This document shows positions 46,812 through 56,728 of a DNA stretch of 64,000 bases, piece by piece. Source of the stretch: Abditibacterium sp. Its GTDB lineage: Bacteria; Armatimonadota; Abditibacteriia; Abditibacteriales; Abditibacteriaceae. Location: NCBI GenBank assembly GCA_965199495.1, contig CBDASK010000003.1:704001-768000 (forward strand). Direction: 5' to 3'. Each line of letters begins with the position of its first letter. Position 1 is the first letter of the stretch. The translations under genes were made by a program, and so were the position numbers. The notes beneath the pieces are model-generated. The model was not told where the DNA came from. It searched no databases and worked only from the letters and a program-made list of their open reading frames with translations.

Positions 46812-48077
46812 GTGACTGCTCCCACCCATTCCGCGCCGCCCGTTCAGGGTGCGCCCACCGCCGATAATTTGCTCGAAGCGCCGCGCCACCAGACGGGCGA
46901 CTGGAAAACGCTGCCGCCGCTGTCGCCCATCACTTATTATCGGCGCAACATCTGGCGCGTTTTGCCGGTCGGCGGCGCGATTATCATCTCGGTTTTTCTG
47001 ATCGCCGCCATCGTGACTTTGCTCAATTCGGTGGACGATTCGATTCGCGTCAATTACGGCTTTTTCTCGCGCGCGCCGGTTATCGCGCCGCAGTTCGCGG
47101 CGGATGTGCCGCCTTACGTTTTGGAAAAAGCGCGTCGCGCGCCCGGCATCCGCAAAGATATTCAGGGTCTGCCCTATTTCATGCTGATTCAAACCGTTTT
47201 CGGCCCGATGCCCGTCCCGGTTTACGGTTTCGATCCCGAAGATATGGAGCCGATGGCGCGCACGATGGGCAACAAATTGGTCGCCGGGCGTTATCCCGCG
47301 AACAACGAAGCCGAAGTCGCGATGTCGCGGATGTGGGCCAACAATCTGCATCTCAAAATCGGCGATTCGTTCACGCCCAACAATCCGCGTTTGCCGTCGC
47401 TACCCCAACCGCAAAAGTTAGTCGGCATCTTCGAGGGCGGCGAAAATATCGCCATCGCCGACCGCGCTTACGTTTTGTTGGAACTGCCCGATGTCGTGCG
47501 GCGCCCAAACTATTTGTTCATTCCCAAAACGCCCGCGCAGGCCAAAACCATCGGCGATTACCTCGATGGCATGGCCGACCATCCGACCAAATACGGCCTG
47601 ACCAAAGACGATATGCAACCTCTGCGCGTCTTCACCTTTGACGGATTGGTCAACGAACTGCGCAAAAGTCTGGCGTTCTTGTATAAATTCTTAGCCATCG
47701 CCGACATCATGGTGATCGGCGCCGTGGCTCTGTTGTCGGGCTTTTTGGCCAACATCTATTTTGAGCAACGATTGGGTGAATTCGGATTGTTGGCCGCGCT
47801 GGGCTTTCGGCGCGAACGCTTGGCGAAACGTTTGATTATCGAAACCGGCTCGTTGGTTTTATTTTCGTGGGTCGTCGGCTTGGGATTTACGGCGCTGATT
47901 TTCTGGGCGCTCGATCATTTTTACATGATTCCCAACGGCTTAATTTTGTCCAAAATCGGGCACGATGCCCTGCTCTACACCTTGCCAACGCCAATTCTCG
48001 TGGGCGGCTCCAGCTTGGCGACGGTGCTTTCGCGTTTGTATCGCCTCGATCCCATCGAAATCATGGAGCGCCGCTAA
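46812..48077 (+). CDS. FtsX-like ABC transporter permease
   Basis: TM helix, periplasmic domain (GRYP), QRLGEFGLLAALG, LDPIEIMERR. Start uncertain. Confidence 0.75.
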   Translation: MTAPTHSAPPVQGAPTADNLLEAPRHQTGDWKTLPPLSPITYYRRNIWRVLPVGGAIIISVFLIAAIVTLLNSVDDSIRVNYGFFSRAPVIAPQFAADVPPYVLEKARRAPGIRKDIQGLPYFMLIQTVFGPMPVPVYGFDPEDMEPMARTMGNKLVAGRYPANNEAEVAMSRMWANNLHLKIGDSFTPNNPRLPSLPQPQKLVGIFEGGENIAIADRAYVLLELPDVVRRPNYLFIPKTPAQAKTIGDYLDGMADHPTKYGLTKDDMQPLRVFTFDGLVNELRKSLAFLYKFLAIADIMVIGAVALLSGFLANIYFEQRLGEFGLLAALGFRRERLAKRLIIETGSLVLFSWVVGLGFTALIFWALDHFYMIPNGLILSKIGHDALLYTLPTPILVGGSSLATVLSRLYRLDPIEIMERR

Positions 48078-48081
48078 ATTT

Positions 48082-48753
48082 ATGTCCCAATCCCAAAATG
48101 CGATGCGCGCGCTGAATCTAACCAAAACCTACGTCACGCCACGCTCCAAAACTTACGCGGTGCGCGACGTGAGTTTGAACATCGGCGAGCGCGAATTCGC
48201 GGGCATCGTCGGGCCATCGGGAAGCGGCAAATCGTCGCTATTGTATTTGATGTCGGGCCTCAAAACCGCGACGGCGGGCGAAGTCTGGTTCGGCGATTTT
48301 CACTATTCCGCCGCGACGCCGACGCAGCAACTCGATTTTCGGCGGCGCATGTTCGGTTTCGTGTTCCAGCAACCGTTTTTAGTGCCGTATTTGTCAGTTT
48401 TGGAAAACGTGTTGGTGCCGATTGAAAACCCCAAAGCTGAAGACAAAGCGCGCGCATTTGAATTGTTGCAATGGCTGGGCATCGCGGAACTGGCGCCCAA
48501 GTTTCCCAACGAATGTTCGGGCGGCGAACGCGTGCGCGCTTCGATGGCGCGCGGTTTGGTGCATCGCCCGGCGTGGCTGTGGGTGGACGAACCGACCGCC
48601 TCGCTCGATACAGCCACCGGCGCACAGGTCATGGAAGTCTTGCGCTCGCAAACCACGCATGGCGCCCTGATTGTAGTCACACACGATTTGGAAATTCTCA
48701 ATGACGCCGACCATATCTTCCGTATGCGCGACGGACACTTGCTGGAAGGATGA
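48082..48753 (+). CDS. ABC transporter ATP-binding protein
   Basis: GPSGSGKSS, SGGE, DEPTASLD, VTHD. Confidence 0.9.
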   Translation: MSQSQNAMRALNLTKTYVTPRSKTYAVRDVSLNIGEREFAGIVGPSGSGKSSLLYLMSGLKTATAGEVWFGDFHYSAATPTQQLDFRRRMFGFVFQQPFLVPYLSVLENVLVPIENPKAEDKARAFELLQWLGIAELAPKFPNECSGGERVRASMARGLVHRPAWLWVDEPTASLDTATGAQVMEVLRSQTTHGALIVVTHDLEILNDADHIFRMRDGHLLEG

Positions 48754-48913
48754 AGGTTGAAGATAAAAATTAGGCATATCGGGGAGATTTACGTTTAATG
48801 CGATAAATTTCCGTTCTAATTTCCAGCCCTTAACCTTCATTCTTCATCTTTTCCTTCGCGGCATCCGGGTTGCTCTATGCTCGCAAGCTGATAACCTAAT
48901 AAAGGAACTGGCC

Positions 48914-49525
48914 ATGAAATTTAACAAACCCGAACTCCCCCATTTTGAAGCGCCGCACTTGGATGTCTCTAACAAAGTGCAAAAACTGAAAGATTATTTG
49001 CCCAATCGCGAACCCGAACCGCAAGTTGGCGCCCTCACGCGCATTTTGCACGACTTAGGTTTGGCCGTCTGGTTTGGCGGCTCGATTTTCGGCATTATGT
49101 CGCTCAACCCTTCGGTCGAAGTTTTGGACGATCCCGAAGAGCGCGGCAAAATGGTGGACGAAGCCTGGGCGCGCTTTCAGCCCTATGGCGCTTTGGGCAT
49201 GGGTTTGGTCTGGATTACCAACTTCCTCATGCGCCGCCGCGCGCCGCGCAAGCCGACCGACGCTTACAATACGTTGGCCCTGCTCAAAGACTTTTTCGTC
49301 GTCGGCTCTGGCCTGACTTCAATTGCCTCGCTGGCTCTGGGCGAATATGCCGTGGACGATTATTCGCCCGTGGACAGCGCCACCGAACCCAACGAAGACA
49401 CCGACGAAGACACCGCCAAAGCGCAAAGCGGCCTGACCATCGCGACCATCGCGCAGTTGACCTGCGGCCTTGGTTTGATCATTACGACCGCCTTGCTGGC
49501 CGTTGAACGCGACAAGTCGCGCTAA
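48914..49525 (+). CDS. Hypothetical membrane protein
   Basis: LHDLGLAVWFGG; about 4 TM helices; AAGGA SD; followed by a terminator. Confidence 0.7.
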   Translation: MKFNKPELPHFEAPHLDVSNKVQKLKDYLPNREPEPQVGALTRILHDLGLAVWFGGSIFGIMSLNPSVEVLDDPEERGKMVDEAWARFQPYGALGMGLVWITNFLMRRRAPRKPTDAYNTLALLKDFFVVGSGLTSIASLALGEYAVDDYSPVDSATEPNEDTDEDTAKAQSGLTIATIAQLTCGLGLIITTALLAVERDKSR

Positions 49526-49541
49526 ACAAAATTTGGAACGT

Positions 49542-49578
49542 AAAAAGGGCCAAGCACTTTGATTGCTTGGCCCTTTTT
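49542..49578 (+). terminator. Intrinsic terminator
   Basis: aaaaGGGCCAAGCA-ctttgat-TGCTTGGCCCttttt. Confidence 0.75.
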
Positions 49579-49671
49579 GCGTTTGTTGACAAGTCAATTT
49601 GTTGACTCAACTAATACAAAGGCCAAAATGTGGAAATAACAGGCGGGGCCGCTCACACGACGCCCAAATTC

Positions 49672-50838
49672 ATGTTAAATCCTGCTATTGAGCAACACGT
49701 CCGCAGCGCACGCATTCTCATCGTGGATGACGAGCCGTCCAACGTGCGCTTGCTCGAACGCTTCTTGGAAAGCGCCGGTTACACCAACTTCGTTGCGACC
49801 AGCGATTCGCGTCAGGTCGAGGTGTTGGTGCGCGAGCAGAGGCCCGATTTGTTGCTGCTCGATTTAGTGATGCCGCATTTCGATGGCTTTGAAATTATGG
49901 CGGCGGTCAAAGAAAATCTCGGCCCCGACGAAACCTTGCCAATTGTCGTGTTGACTGCCGATGAAAATCGCGAGGCGCGCCAGCGCGCTTTGTGCGAGGG
50001 CGCGCTCGATTTCTTGGTCAAACCTTTGGATCAGCTCGAAGTTTTGCTGCGCGTGCATAATCTGCTGACGCTGACCTCTTTGCTGAAGCGCGAACGCGAG
50101 CGGGCCGACGTGGCTCAGGACACCGCCGACGAGCGCGCGCGGCAATTGCAACAGTCGAACCTTTTGCTGCAACAAGCCAACGCCGAACTCGCCAGCGCCA
50201 ACGCGCATTTGCAGTGGGCGCATCGCGAAATCGAACAGGCGCAGGACGAAATCGTCAATCGTTTGGTCGAAGCCGTCGAAGTGCGCGGCGAATTATCGCG
50301 AAAAGCCCCATCGAAAAATTGGAGCAGCGTTGGCCGGTTGGCCGAGGAGTTGGCGCGCGCGATGGGTTTGGACGAATGTCAGATCGAATTGATTCGGCAC
50401 GCGGCGCCTTTGCACGACATCGGAAAAATCGGCGTTTCCGACGCGGTTCTGCTCAAGCCAACGCCGCTCACGCCCGATGAGTGGGACGAGGCCCGCAGCC
50501 ACGTCGAGATCGGCGCAGCGATGTTAAGCAAAAGCGAAGCGTCGCTGATGCAGATGGCGCAATCCATCGCCTACACCCATCACGAACGCTGGGACGGACG
50601 CGGTTATCCGCGCGGACTCAAAGGCGAAGAGACGCCTATCGAAGGCCGCATTCTGGCGGTCGTGGACGTTTTCGACGCCTTGACAACGGATCGGCCCTAC
50701 AAAAAAGCGTGGCCGCCCGAACAGGCATTGGCCGAAATCGAAGCGCAGGCCGAACAGCAGTTCGATCCGGCAGTGGTGAATGCGTTCTCGCAATTGATGA
50801 GAAAGATGCAAACGCAAGACGCGCAGATGGCGAACTAA
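49672..50838 (+). CDS. REC - coiled coil - HD-GYP response regulator (RpfG-like)
   Basis: LIVDDE, DLLLLD, LHDIGK, HHERWDGRGYP, DVFDAL..RPYK. Confidence 0.9.
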   Translation: MLNPAIEQHVRSARILIVDDEPSNVRLLERFLESAGYTNFVATSDSRQVEVLVREQRPDLLLLDLVMPHFDGFEIMAAVKENLGPDETLPIVVLTADENREARQRALCEGALDFLVKPLDQLEVLLRVHNLLTLTSLLKRERERADVAQDTADERARQLQQSNLLLQQANAELASANAHLQWAHREIEQAQDEIVNRLVEAVEVRGELSRKAPSKNWSSVGRLAEELARAMGLDECQIELIRHAAPLHDIGKIGVSDAVLLKPTPLTPDEWDEARSHVEIGAAMLSKSEASLMQMAQSIAYTHHERWDGRGYPRGLKGEETPIEGRILAVVDVFDALTTDRPYKKAWPPEQALAEIEAQAEQQFDPAVVNAFSQLMRKMQTQDAQMAN

Positions 50839-50937
50839 AGGAATTGGGTGCGGCTGACGATTACAAATATCGTGATTTAACGCGCGCTTTGCAGCGATAA
50901 TCTGTTAAACCTAAACGCGCATTTCACTTTAATTTCC

Positions 50938-51969
50938 ATGCCCGAATTCCGCAAAGACCCCATCATCGACCGCTGGGTCGTTATAGCTACCGAACGCTCG
51001 CGCCGCCCTTCCGATTTCGCGCCGCCGTCCCAACCGCCCGCGCCCGTTTCGTCGGTTTTTTCGCCCGGCAACGAATCCAAAACGCCCGCCGAAGTTTTCC
51101 AAATCGGTCGCCCCGCCGCTAAAGCCGCCGACACTTCCGGCTGGCGCGTGCGCGTGGTGCCCAACAAATTCCCCGCGCTCTCCACCGAAGGCGATTTAGA
51201 TTCGCACGCCGTCGGAATGTTCGACGTTTTGAATGGCGTCGGCGCGCACGAAGTCGTCATCGAACATCCCGAAGCCGCGTGGGACATGGCCGACGCCACG
51301 CCCCAAGAAATGAGCGACGTTTTGGATGCCTACATCCAACGCAACATCGTTTTGTCGCAAGACGAGCGTTTCCGTTACATTCTGACGTTTCGCAACGCGG
51401 GCACGGCGGCGGGCGCTTCGATCAATCATCCGCACTCGCAGATCATCGCGTTGCCGGTTGTGCCCAAACAAACCCGCGACCAACTCGACGTGGCTCGTCG
51501 TCACTACCGTGAAAAGCGCCGCTCGATTTTCGGCGATTTGGTGCGCCAGGAACTCGAATCGGGCGCCCGCATTGTCGAGGCCAACGAACATTTCGTGGTT
51601 TTGTGTCCCTACGCCGCGCGTTTCCCGTTCGAGATGCAGATTTTCCCGATGCGCCAGCAACACGACTTCACGCGCATAACCGACGCCGAAAAAGCCTCGC
51701 TCAGCGAAACGTTGCCGCGCGCTTTGAAACGCATCAAAGTCGGTCTGGGCAATCCGAGCTATAACCTGATGCTTCAGACGGCACCGATTACTCACGCGCG
51801 CGCCGGTTTGCCCGATTACTGGGGCACCATCGAACACGATTTCTGCTGGCGCATTGATGTTTTGCCGCGCCTGACGCAAGTCGCCGGTTTCGAGTGGGGC
51901 ACGGGCGTTTATATCAATCCCGTCGCGCCCGAAGAAGGCGCCGAGTTTCTGCGCGGCGTGAAAGTGTAG
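50938..51969 (+). CDS. galT: Galactose-1-phosphate uridylyltransferase family
   Basis: RVVPNKFPAL, GAHEVVIE, GASINHPHSQ, AGFEWGTG. Confidence 0.85.
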   Translation: MPEFRKDPIIDRWVVIATERSRRPSDFAPPSQPPAPVSSVFSPGNESKTPAEVFQIGRPAAKAADTSGWRVRVVPNKFPALSTEGDLDSHAVGMFDVLNGVGAHEVVIEHPEAAWDMADATPQEMSDVLDAYIQRNIVLSQDERFRYILTFRNAGTAAGASINHPHSQIIALPVVPKQTRDQLDVARRHYREKRRSIFGDLVRQELESGARIVEANEHFVVLCPYAARFPFEMQIFPMRQQHDFTRITDAEKASLSETLPRALKRIKVGLGNPSYNLMLQTAPITHARAGLPDYWGTIEHDFCWRIDVLPRLTQVAGFEWGTGVYINPVAPEEGAEFLRGVKV

Positions 51970-51982
51970 ATTTCGCGGTCAT

Positions 51983-52411
51983 ATGAGCAACGCTCCGATT
52001 TCTTCTCCACACCCGTCTCCAACGCCCATGTCGGCGCAATCCGGTTTGCGGTGTCCCTACTGCGGTCACCCGTTCGATTTGTCATGGAGGTGTTACTTGC
52101 TGGCGAAGAGGAGACATCACCTCTGTTCCGTGTGCGGGGAAAAATTCAAGATAAGATTGAACTTCGCGTTTAATCTGGTGGCATTCGCTGTGGGAATTGC
52201 GGCGCCGGTTCCCGCAGCGATTCTAATCGCTTTTGGCATCCCAAACTTTTCGGATTTTTCGCTTGCTTTGTGGCTCAGACTCTACTCACCCTCCTTTGGA
52301 TCTGCGCTTGCACTCGCGAGTCCAATATGGTTCGTGGGCGAATTCCTGATATTTTTCTGTCTCGACAAATATTTCCAGTTCAAATACGGCGTTTTGCACA
52401 AGACGATATGA
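51983..52411 (+). CDS. Zinc-ribbon membrane protein
   Basis: CPYCG...CSVCG plus hydrophobic helices. Confidence 0.6.
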   Translation: MSNAPISSPHPSPTPMSAQSGLRCPYCGHPFDLSWRCYLLAKRRHHLCSVCGEKFKIRLNFAFNLVAFAVGIAAPVPAAILIAFGIPNFSDFSLALWLRLYSPSFGSALALASPIWFVGEFLIFFCLDKYFQFKYGVLHKTI

Positions 52412-52735
52412 AACTCTGTCCTCGTTGCAACCAATTTATGCTTGGTGTGGCCTCGCGGTGCGTGAACTTCGGGTATAAAATCCCAGAAGATTATGATTTC
52501 TCAAGAAAACGATCCGTGCCTTTATCGAGAAGAACTCGTTTATTCATCGTTCGCGCAACTCACACTCGAAATTTGGGCCGCCCTCGCATTATTGGGAATA
52601 TTTATCGCGGTTGTTATCGCGGCAATCGCCGTTTATAATGGCGATTGGGCGCGCGTTTTATTCGGACTTCTGGGCGCATGGGGCAACTTCGCGTTTCACG
52701 TCGTGTTACGCCGCGTCGCAGACATCAGCCGTTAA
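52408..52735 (+). pseudogene. Probable frameshifted zinc-ribbon membrane protein
   Basis: MKLCPRC...RCVNFGY in one frame; the TM-rich C-terminus (52493-52735) is in another frame. Confidence 0.4.
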
Positions 52736-53328
52736 GCCTCCGCTTTCTTCTGCCCAACGTGCGGTTCAACGCCCGCGCGGATGCGTTTGATATTCGGAAT
52801 GTGCTTCACAAAAGCGAAAACCGACATCAACAACGCGACAACAAAATAAGGCGTGGGCGCGTGAAATAATAAAGCCAAAATTGGTAACGCGATACATCCG
52901 GCAATCGAAGCCGCCGAAATCATGCGCGTGATGGCGAGCGCAATTCCCCAGACAACGAAAATTAGGACGCCGACAATCGGCATCAAACCGAGTAAAGCGC
53001 CCAGACTTGTCGCGATACCTTTGCCGCCTTTGAAGCCCAAAAACGGCGAAAAAATGTGGCCCAAAACAGCGACAATCCCGCACGCCGCGATGCCGATTTC
53101 GCTGCCGGGTGCGAGCCAATGTCCCAAAAGCGGCCCAGCGACACCTTTAGCCACGTCGAGGGCGAACACGATTATTCCCATCGTTGGCCCCATCGCGCGC
53201 CATGAATTGGTCGCGCCCGTATTACCCGAACCGACCGCGCGCACGTCAACGCCGCGCGACTTGCCAATCAGCACGCCGAAAGGAATCGAGCCGCACAGGA
53301 AAGAGAGCAATAACGCTAAAATAAGCAT
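52732..53328 (-). CDS. plsY: Glycerol-3-phosphate acyltransferase PlsY
   Basis: GSIPFG, GSGNTGATN, DVAKG, GHIFSPFLGFKGGKGIAT, KHIPNI. Confidence 0.95.
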   Translation of the reverse strand: MLILALLLSFLCGSIPFGVLIGKSRGVDVRAVGSGNTGATNSWRAMGPTMGIIVFALDVAKGVAGPLLGHWLAPGSEIGIAACGIVAVLGHIFSPFLGFKGGKGIATSLGALLGLMPIVGVLIFVVWGIALAITRMISAASIAGCIALPILALLFHAPTPYFVVALLMSVFAFVKHIPNIKRIRAGVEPHVGQKKAEA

Positions 53329-53337
53329 AATTTGGGA

Positions 53338-53482
53338 TTAGCCACAAAGTTCGCAGAGAACGCACGAAGGGCACAAAGAAAAACGAAGAGATTAAAAGTA
53401 TCAGAAAATGCTTTTTTAAATTTTAGAATCTCTTCGTTTTTCTTTGTGCCCTTCGTGCGTTCTCTGCGAACTTTGTGGCTAA
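53338..53482. repeat. Gene-less palindrome related to the GxxExxY cassette ends
   Basis: 56-bp perfect arms beginning TTAGCCACAAAGTTCGCAGAGAACGCACGAAGGGCACAAAG. Confidence 0.8.
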
Positions 53483-53487
53483 AAAAC

Positions 53488-54840
53488 TTAATATTTCCCC
53501 TTCTCGTCGCGCGGGTTCGATTTGCGAATGTCCAATTTAATCGGCACGCCGCGAAACGGATATTTCGCGCGAATTTTATTTTCTAACCGACGCACATACG
53601 AGAAGTGCAGCAAATCGGGCTGATTGACGAACACAGCGAAGCGCGGCGGATTGACGCCGAATTGTGTGGCGTAACGAATTTTGACCGCTTTGCCTTTGAC
53701 GCTGGGAACGGGATGTTCGTCCACGGCGCGGCGAATAATATCGTTGAGCGGCCCGGTTGGAATGCGCTCGGCGCCGTTGCCCGCGATTTCTATGGCGTCG
53801 TCAATTAAGGTTTCGATGCCCCAATTATCCAAACCCGATAGATAATGAACGGGCGCGTAACTCACGAACGCCAGATAATTGGCGAGGTTGGCGCCATAAT
53901 CTTTCTGGGCCAGCGAGTTTTTGCCGTCTTCACGCGGCTTCTCAATCAAATCCCATTTATTCACGCCCACCACAATCGGTTTGCCCGCTTCGTGCGCGTA
54001 ACCGGCGATTTTGGTATCTTGATCAGTGACGCCGCCCGCCTCGACCAGCAAAACCACGACATCGGCGCGGTCAATGGCGCGCAGACTGCGCAAGACCATG
54101 TGATATTCGACGGCGGTCTTGTCCTGCTTGACCCGCGCTTTGCGCCGCATACCCGCCGTATCAATCAGCGTGATTTCCGTTCCTTTCCAATCGAGTTTGG
54201 TGTCAATGGCGTCGCGCGTGGTGCCGGGAATCGGCGAAACGATGGTGCGTTCGTAACCTAAAATCGTGTTGGTCAGTTGGCTTTTGCCGACGTTTGGCCG
54301 TCCGACAATGGCGATTTTTACCGTTTCATCATCTTTTTCGGCGTCTTCGGGCGGCAGCAGTTCGAGGATTCCTTCGGTCATTTCGGCCACGCCCAAACCG
54401 CTCGCGCCCGAAATGTTGATGACTTCGCCCAAACGCAACGCATAATGGTTGGCGGGTTTTTGGTGCAACGCGTCCATTTTGTTGGCGGCGACGATAATCG
54501 GCTTTTTGGTGCGCCGCAAAACATCGGCGATCAAAAAGTCGAGCGTCGTGGGTTCTTCGCGCCCGTCCACGATGAAAACGATGATGTCGGCTTCTTCGAT
54601 GGCGAGTTGGGTCGAACCTAAAATCGCGGGCGTGTAGCCTTCTTTGTCGAGCGAATCGAAACCGCCGGTGTCAATGAGGTCAACAGCTTTGCCCCAAATA
54701 TCAATCGTGGTATAAAGGCGGTCGCGCGTGGTGCCCTCGAAATCTTCGACGAGCGCGATGCGCTGTCGCGCGAGACGGTTAAACAATTGGCTCTTGCCCA
54801 CATTGGGGCGGCCAACAATGGCTACTAATGGTCGTGACAT
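53488..54840 (-). CDS. der: Ribosome biogenesis GTPase Der (EngA)
   Basis: Two GRPNVGKS G-domains, DTGG/DTAG, NKMD/NKWD, KH-like C-terminus. Confidence 0.97.
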   Translation of the reverse strand: MSRPLVAIVGRPNVGKSQLFNRLARQRIALVEDFEGTTRDRLYTTIDIWGKAVDLIDTGGFDSLDKEGYTPAILGSTQLAIEEADIIVFIVDGREEPTTLDFLIADVLRRTKKPIIVAANKMDALHQKPANHYALRLGEVINISGASGLGVAEMTEGILELLPPEDAEKDDETVKIAIVGRPNVGKSQLTNTILGYERTIVSPIPGTTRDAIDTKLDWKGTEITLIDTAGMRRKARVKQDKTAVEYHMVLRSLRAIDRADVVVLLVEAGGVTDQDTKIAGYAHEAGKPIVVGVNKWDLIEKPREDGKNSLAQKDYGANLANYLAFVSYAPVHYLSGLDNWGIETLIDDAIEIAGNGAERIPTGPLNDIIRRAVDEHPVPSVKGKAVKIRYATQFGVNPPRFAVFVNQPDLLHFSYVRRLENKIRAKYPFRGVPIKLDIRKSNPRDEKGKY

Positions 54841-54934
54841 TTGGGTTTAAGTCTAAGGCTTTGGCGCGGTAGAGAAACGCGAAAACGCGAAGAGAACTAT
54901 TTCCAATTCTCTTCGCGTCCAATTCCGCCCGGTT

Positions 54935-55225
54935 TTACGCCTCGAAATCGAGCGCCATGACTTCGCTCCACAGATGTTTACTGGCGGCGATAAACGCTTG
55001 ATGATCGGGATGCTTATCGTAAATCTGGCCGTCTTCGCGCGTTTTGAAAGTGACGAGCAAACCCAATTCAAAGCCGCGCGAGCGACCGGAAAAATCGGGG
55101 CCGGTGTGCATTTCGACGATTTCGGGAATCAGCGCGGGCAACGCGTTGAGGCCGCTTTCGATTTGTTCGCGGTCGGCGTGGCTGCCTTCGTTGGTGAGTT
55201 TGAACCAGACGTTGTGATAAATCAT
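54935..55225 (-). CDS. Dabb (stress-responsive A/B barrel) protein
   Basis: MIYHNVWFK...LPALIPEI...YDKHPDH...ALDFE. Confidence 0.85.
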   Translation of the reverse strand: MIYHNVWFKLTNEGSHADREQIESGLNALPALIPEIVEMHTGPDFSGRSRGFELGLLVTFKTREDGQIYDKHPDHQAFIAASKHLWSEVMALDFEA

Positions 55226-55250
55226 AATTTGTTGTTTTGGGTCATTTCCC

Positions 55251-55370
55251 GTAGAGACACCGACCGGGTGCCCTTTGGGCGGATGTCTCAAACGTCAGAA
55301 TTTCTTGATGTCGAAGCAAGTTCAACCTTGTTAGACATCCGCCCAAAGGGCACCCGGTCGGTGTCTCTAC
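55251..55370. repeat. REPIN-like hairpin (GTAGAGACACCGACCGGGTGCCC arms)
   Basis: Inverted arms; same family at 2498 and 57119. Confidence 0.88.
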
Positions 55371-55380
55371 GGGGCGCAAT

Positions 55381-56205
55381 TTATTCGAGTTCCTGTTCTT
55401 CGTTAATCGCCTCCGAAACTAACTTCGGTTTCAGTCGCCCCAATAATTCTTGCAGAGTTTGCGGCGCGGCGCAAAACAGTGGGTGCGTTTCCGAATCGCT
55501 CGAAACAATCGCTTTCCACGGCGTGCCGTCCAGATAGCGCGCTTCGCAACCGGCCTCGAAACAGATGCACAAACCCGCAGCCACGTCGTATATCTTATGA
55601 TAATGCGCGATCATGCCGATGACGCTGCCGCGCGCCAGCACGGTCAAATGATAAGCCAGCGCGCCGAAATTACGCAGACGACACGGCACGAGAGAGAAAT
55701 CTAATACGCGCTCGACGGTCGTATTGGAAACCAGCAAATCTTCCTGCTGCAACGGCAAATGGTCGTGCACGCGCAATCGTTTGGTCTGGCCGTGTTTGAT
55801 GTGAAAAGCGCCCTGACCTTCGACGGCCCACAAAATTTCGCCTAATTCTGGCACGGCGATCATGCCAAAAACCGGGCGATTGTCTTTGACCGCGCCAACC
55901 GAAATGCACCAAAGCGGAATATCGCGCGCGTAATTGGTCGTGCCATCAATCGGATCAATCACCCAGCATGGCGCATCGGCGTCTCCGATTAATCCGCCTT
56001 CTTCGCCTAAAAACGACCAATCGGGCGCCAACACCGACAGGCGATTGCGCAGCAATTTTTCGACGTTGCGGTCGGCGTCGGTGACCAGAGTATCGTCGGC
56101 TTTGACTTCGATATCGGCGCGCCCATGACGCGCCATCGCCAGCGCGGTGGCTTCGCGCAACGCGTCGAGGGCGGGTTCGACGGAAAACGGCAAAACAAAT
56201 GACAT
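55381..56205 (-). CDS. Inositol monophosphatase family protein
   Basis: VTDAD, LGEE, WVIDPIDGTTNY, YDVAAG. Confidence 0.9.
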   Translation of the reverse strand: MSFVLPFSVEPALDALREATALAMARHGRADIEVKADDTLVTDADRNVEKLLRNRLSVLAPDWSFLGEEGGLIGDADAPCWVIDPIDGTTNYARDIPLWCISVGAVKDNRPVFGMIAVPELGEILWAVEGQGAFHIKHGQTKRLRVHDHLPLQQEDLLVSNTTVERVLDFSLVPCRLRNFGALAYHLTVLARGSVIGMIAHYHKIYDVAAGLCICFEAGCEARYLDGTPWKAIVSSDSETHPLFCAAPQTLQELLGRLKPKLVSEAINEEQELE

Positions 56206-56230
56206 GGCAGAGAGTTTATACTTGTCACCT

Positions 56231-56728
56231 ATGCACCGCGTCGTTGTCCCGCAACTTTTCGAGAATATGGAAGAAGCCACCATCGGTCACTGGCTGGTTT
56301 CGGTCGGCCAAACCATTAGCAAAGAGCAGCCGTTGTGCGAACTCATCACCGAAAAAGTCACGCTCGAATTGCCCGCCGAAGTCGAAGGCACCGTGCGCCA
56401 GTTAATCGCGCCCGATAAAGCCATCGTGCCGACGGGCTTCATCATCGCGCTGATTGGCGACGAAGCCGAAGACATGCCCGACGTTTCCGCCGACAACGCC
56501 AAATTGAAAGCCGACGAACCCGTTTCGCCGCATCCAATTTCGGCTCCGGCGCGCGAAGATATTACGCCGCCCAAAGCAGCAGCCACGTCGGGCGGACGAC
56601 TGCGAGCCACGCCCGCCGCGCGCCGCGCCGCCAAAGTCGCGGGCGTGACATTGGAAGATGTCGCTGCTAAATTTCCCGACAAAGTTTTATCGGAAGACGA
56701 CGTCAAAGCATTTATGGAGGCCAAATGA
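56231..56728 (+). CDS. Lipoyl domain + E3-binding domain protein lacking the E2 catalytic domain
   Basis: VPQLFENMEEATIGHW...ELITEKVTLELPA lipoyl domain; linker; RATPAARRAAK...SEDDV PSBD; stop overlaps the acpS start. Confidence 0.8.
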   Translation: MHRVVVPQLFENMEEATIGHWLVSVGQTISKEQPLCELITEKVTLELPAEVEGTVRQLIAPDKAIVPTGFIIALIGDEAEDMPDVSADNAKLKADEPVSPHPISAPAREDITPPKAAATSGGRLRATPAARRAAKVAGVTLEDVAAKFPDKVLSEDDVKAFMEAK

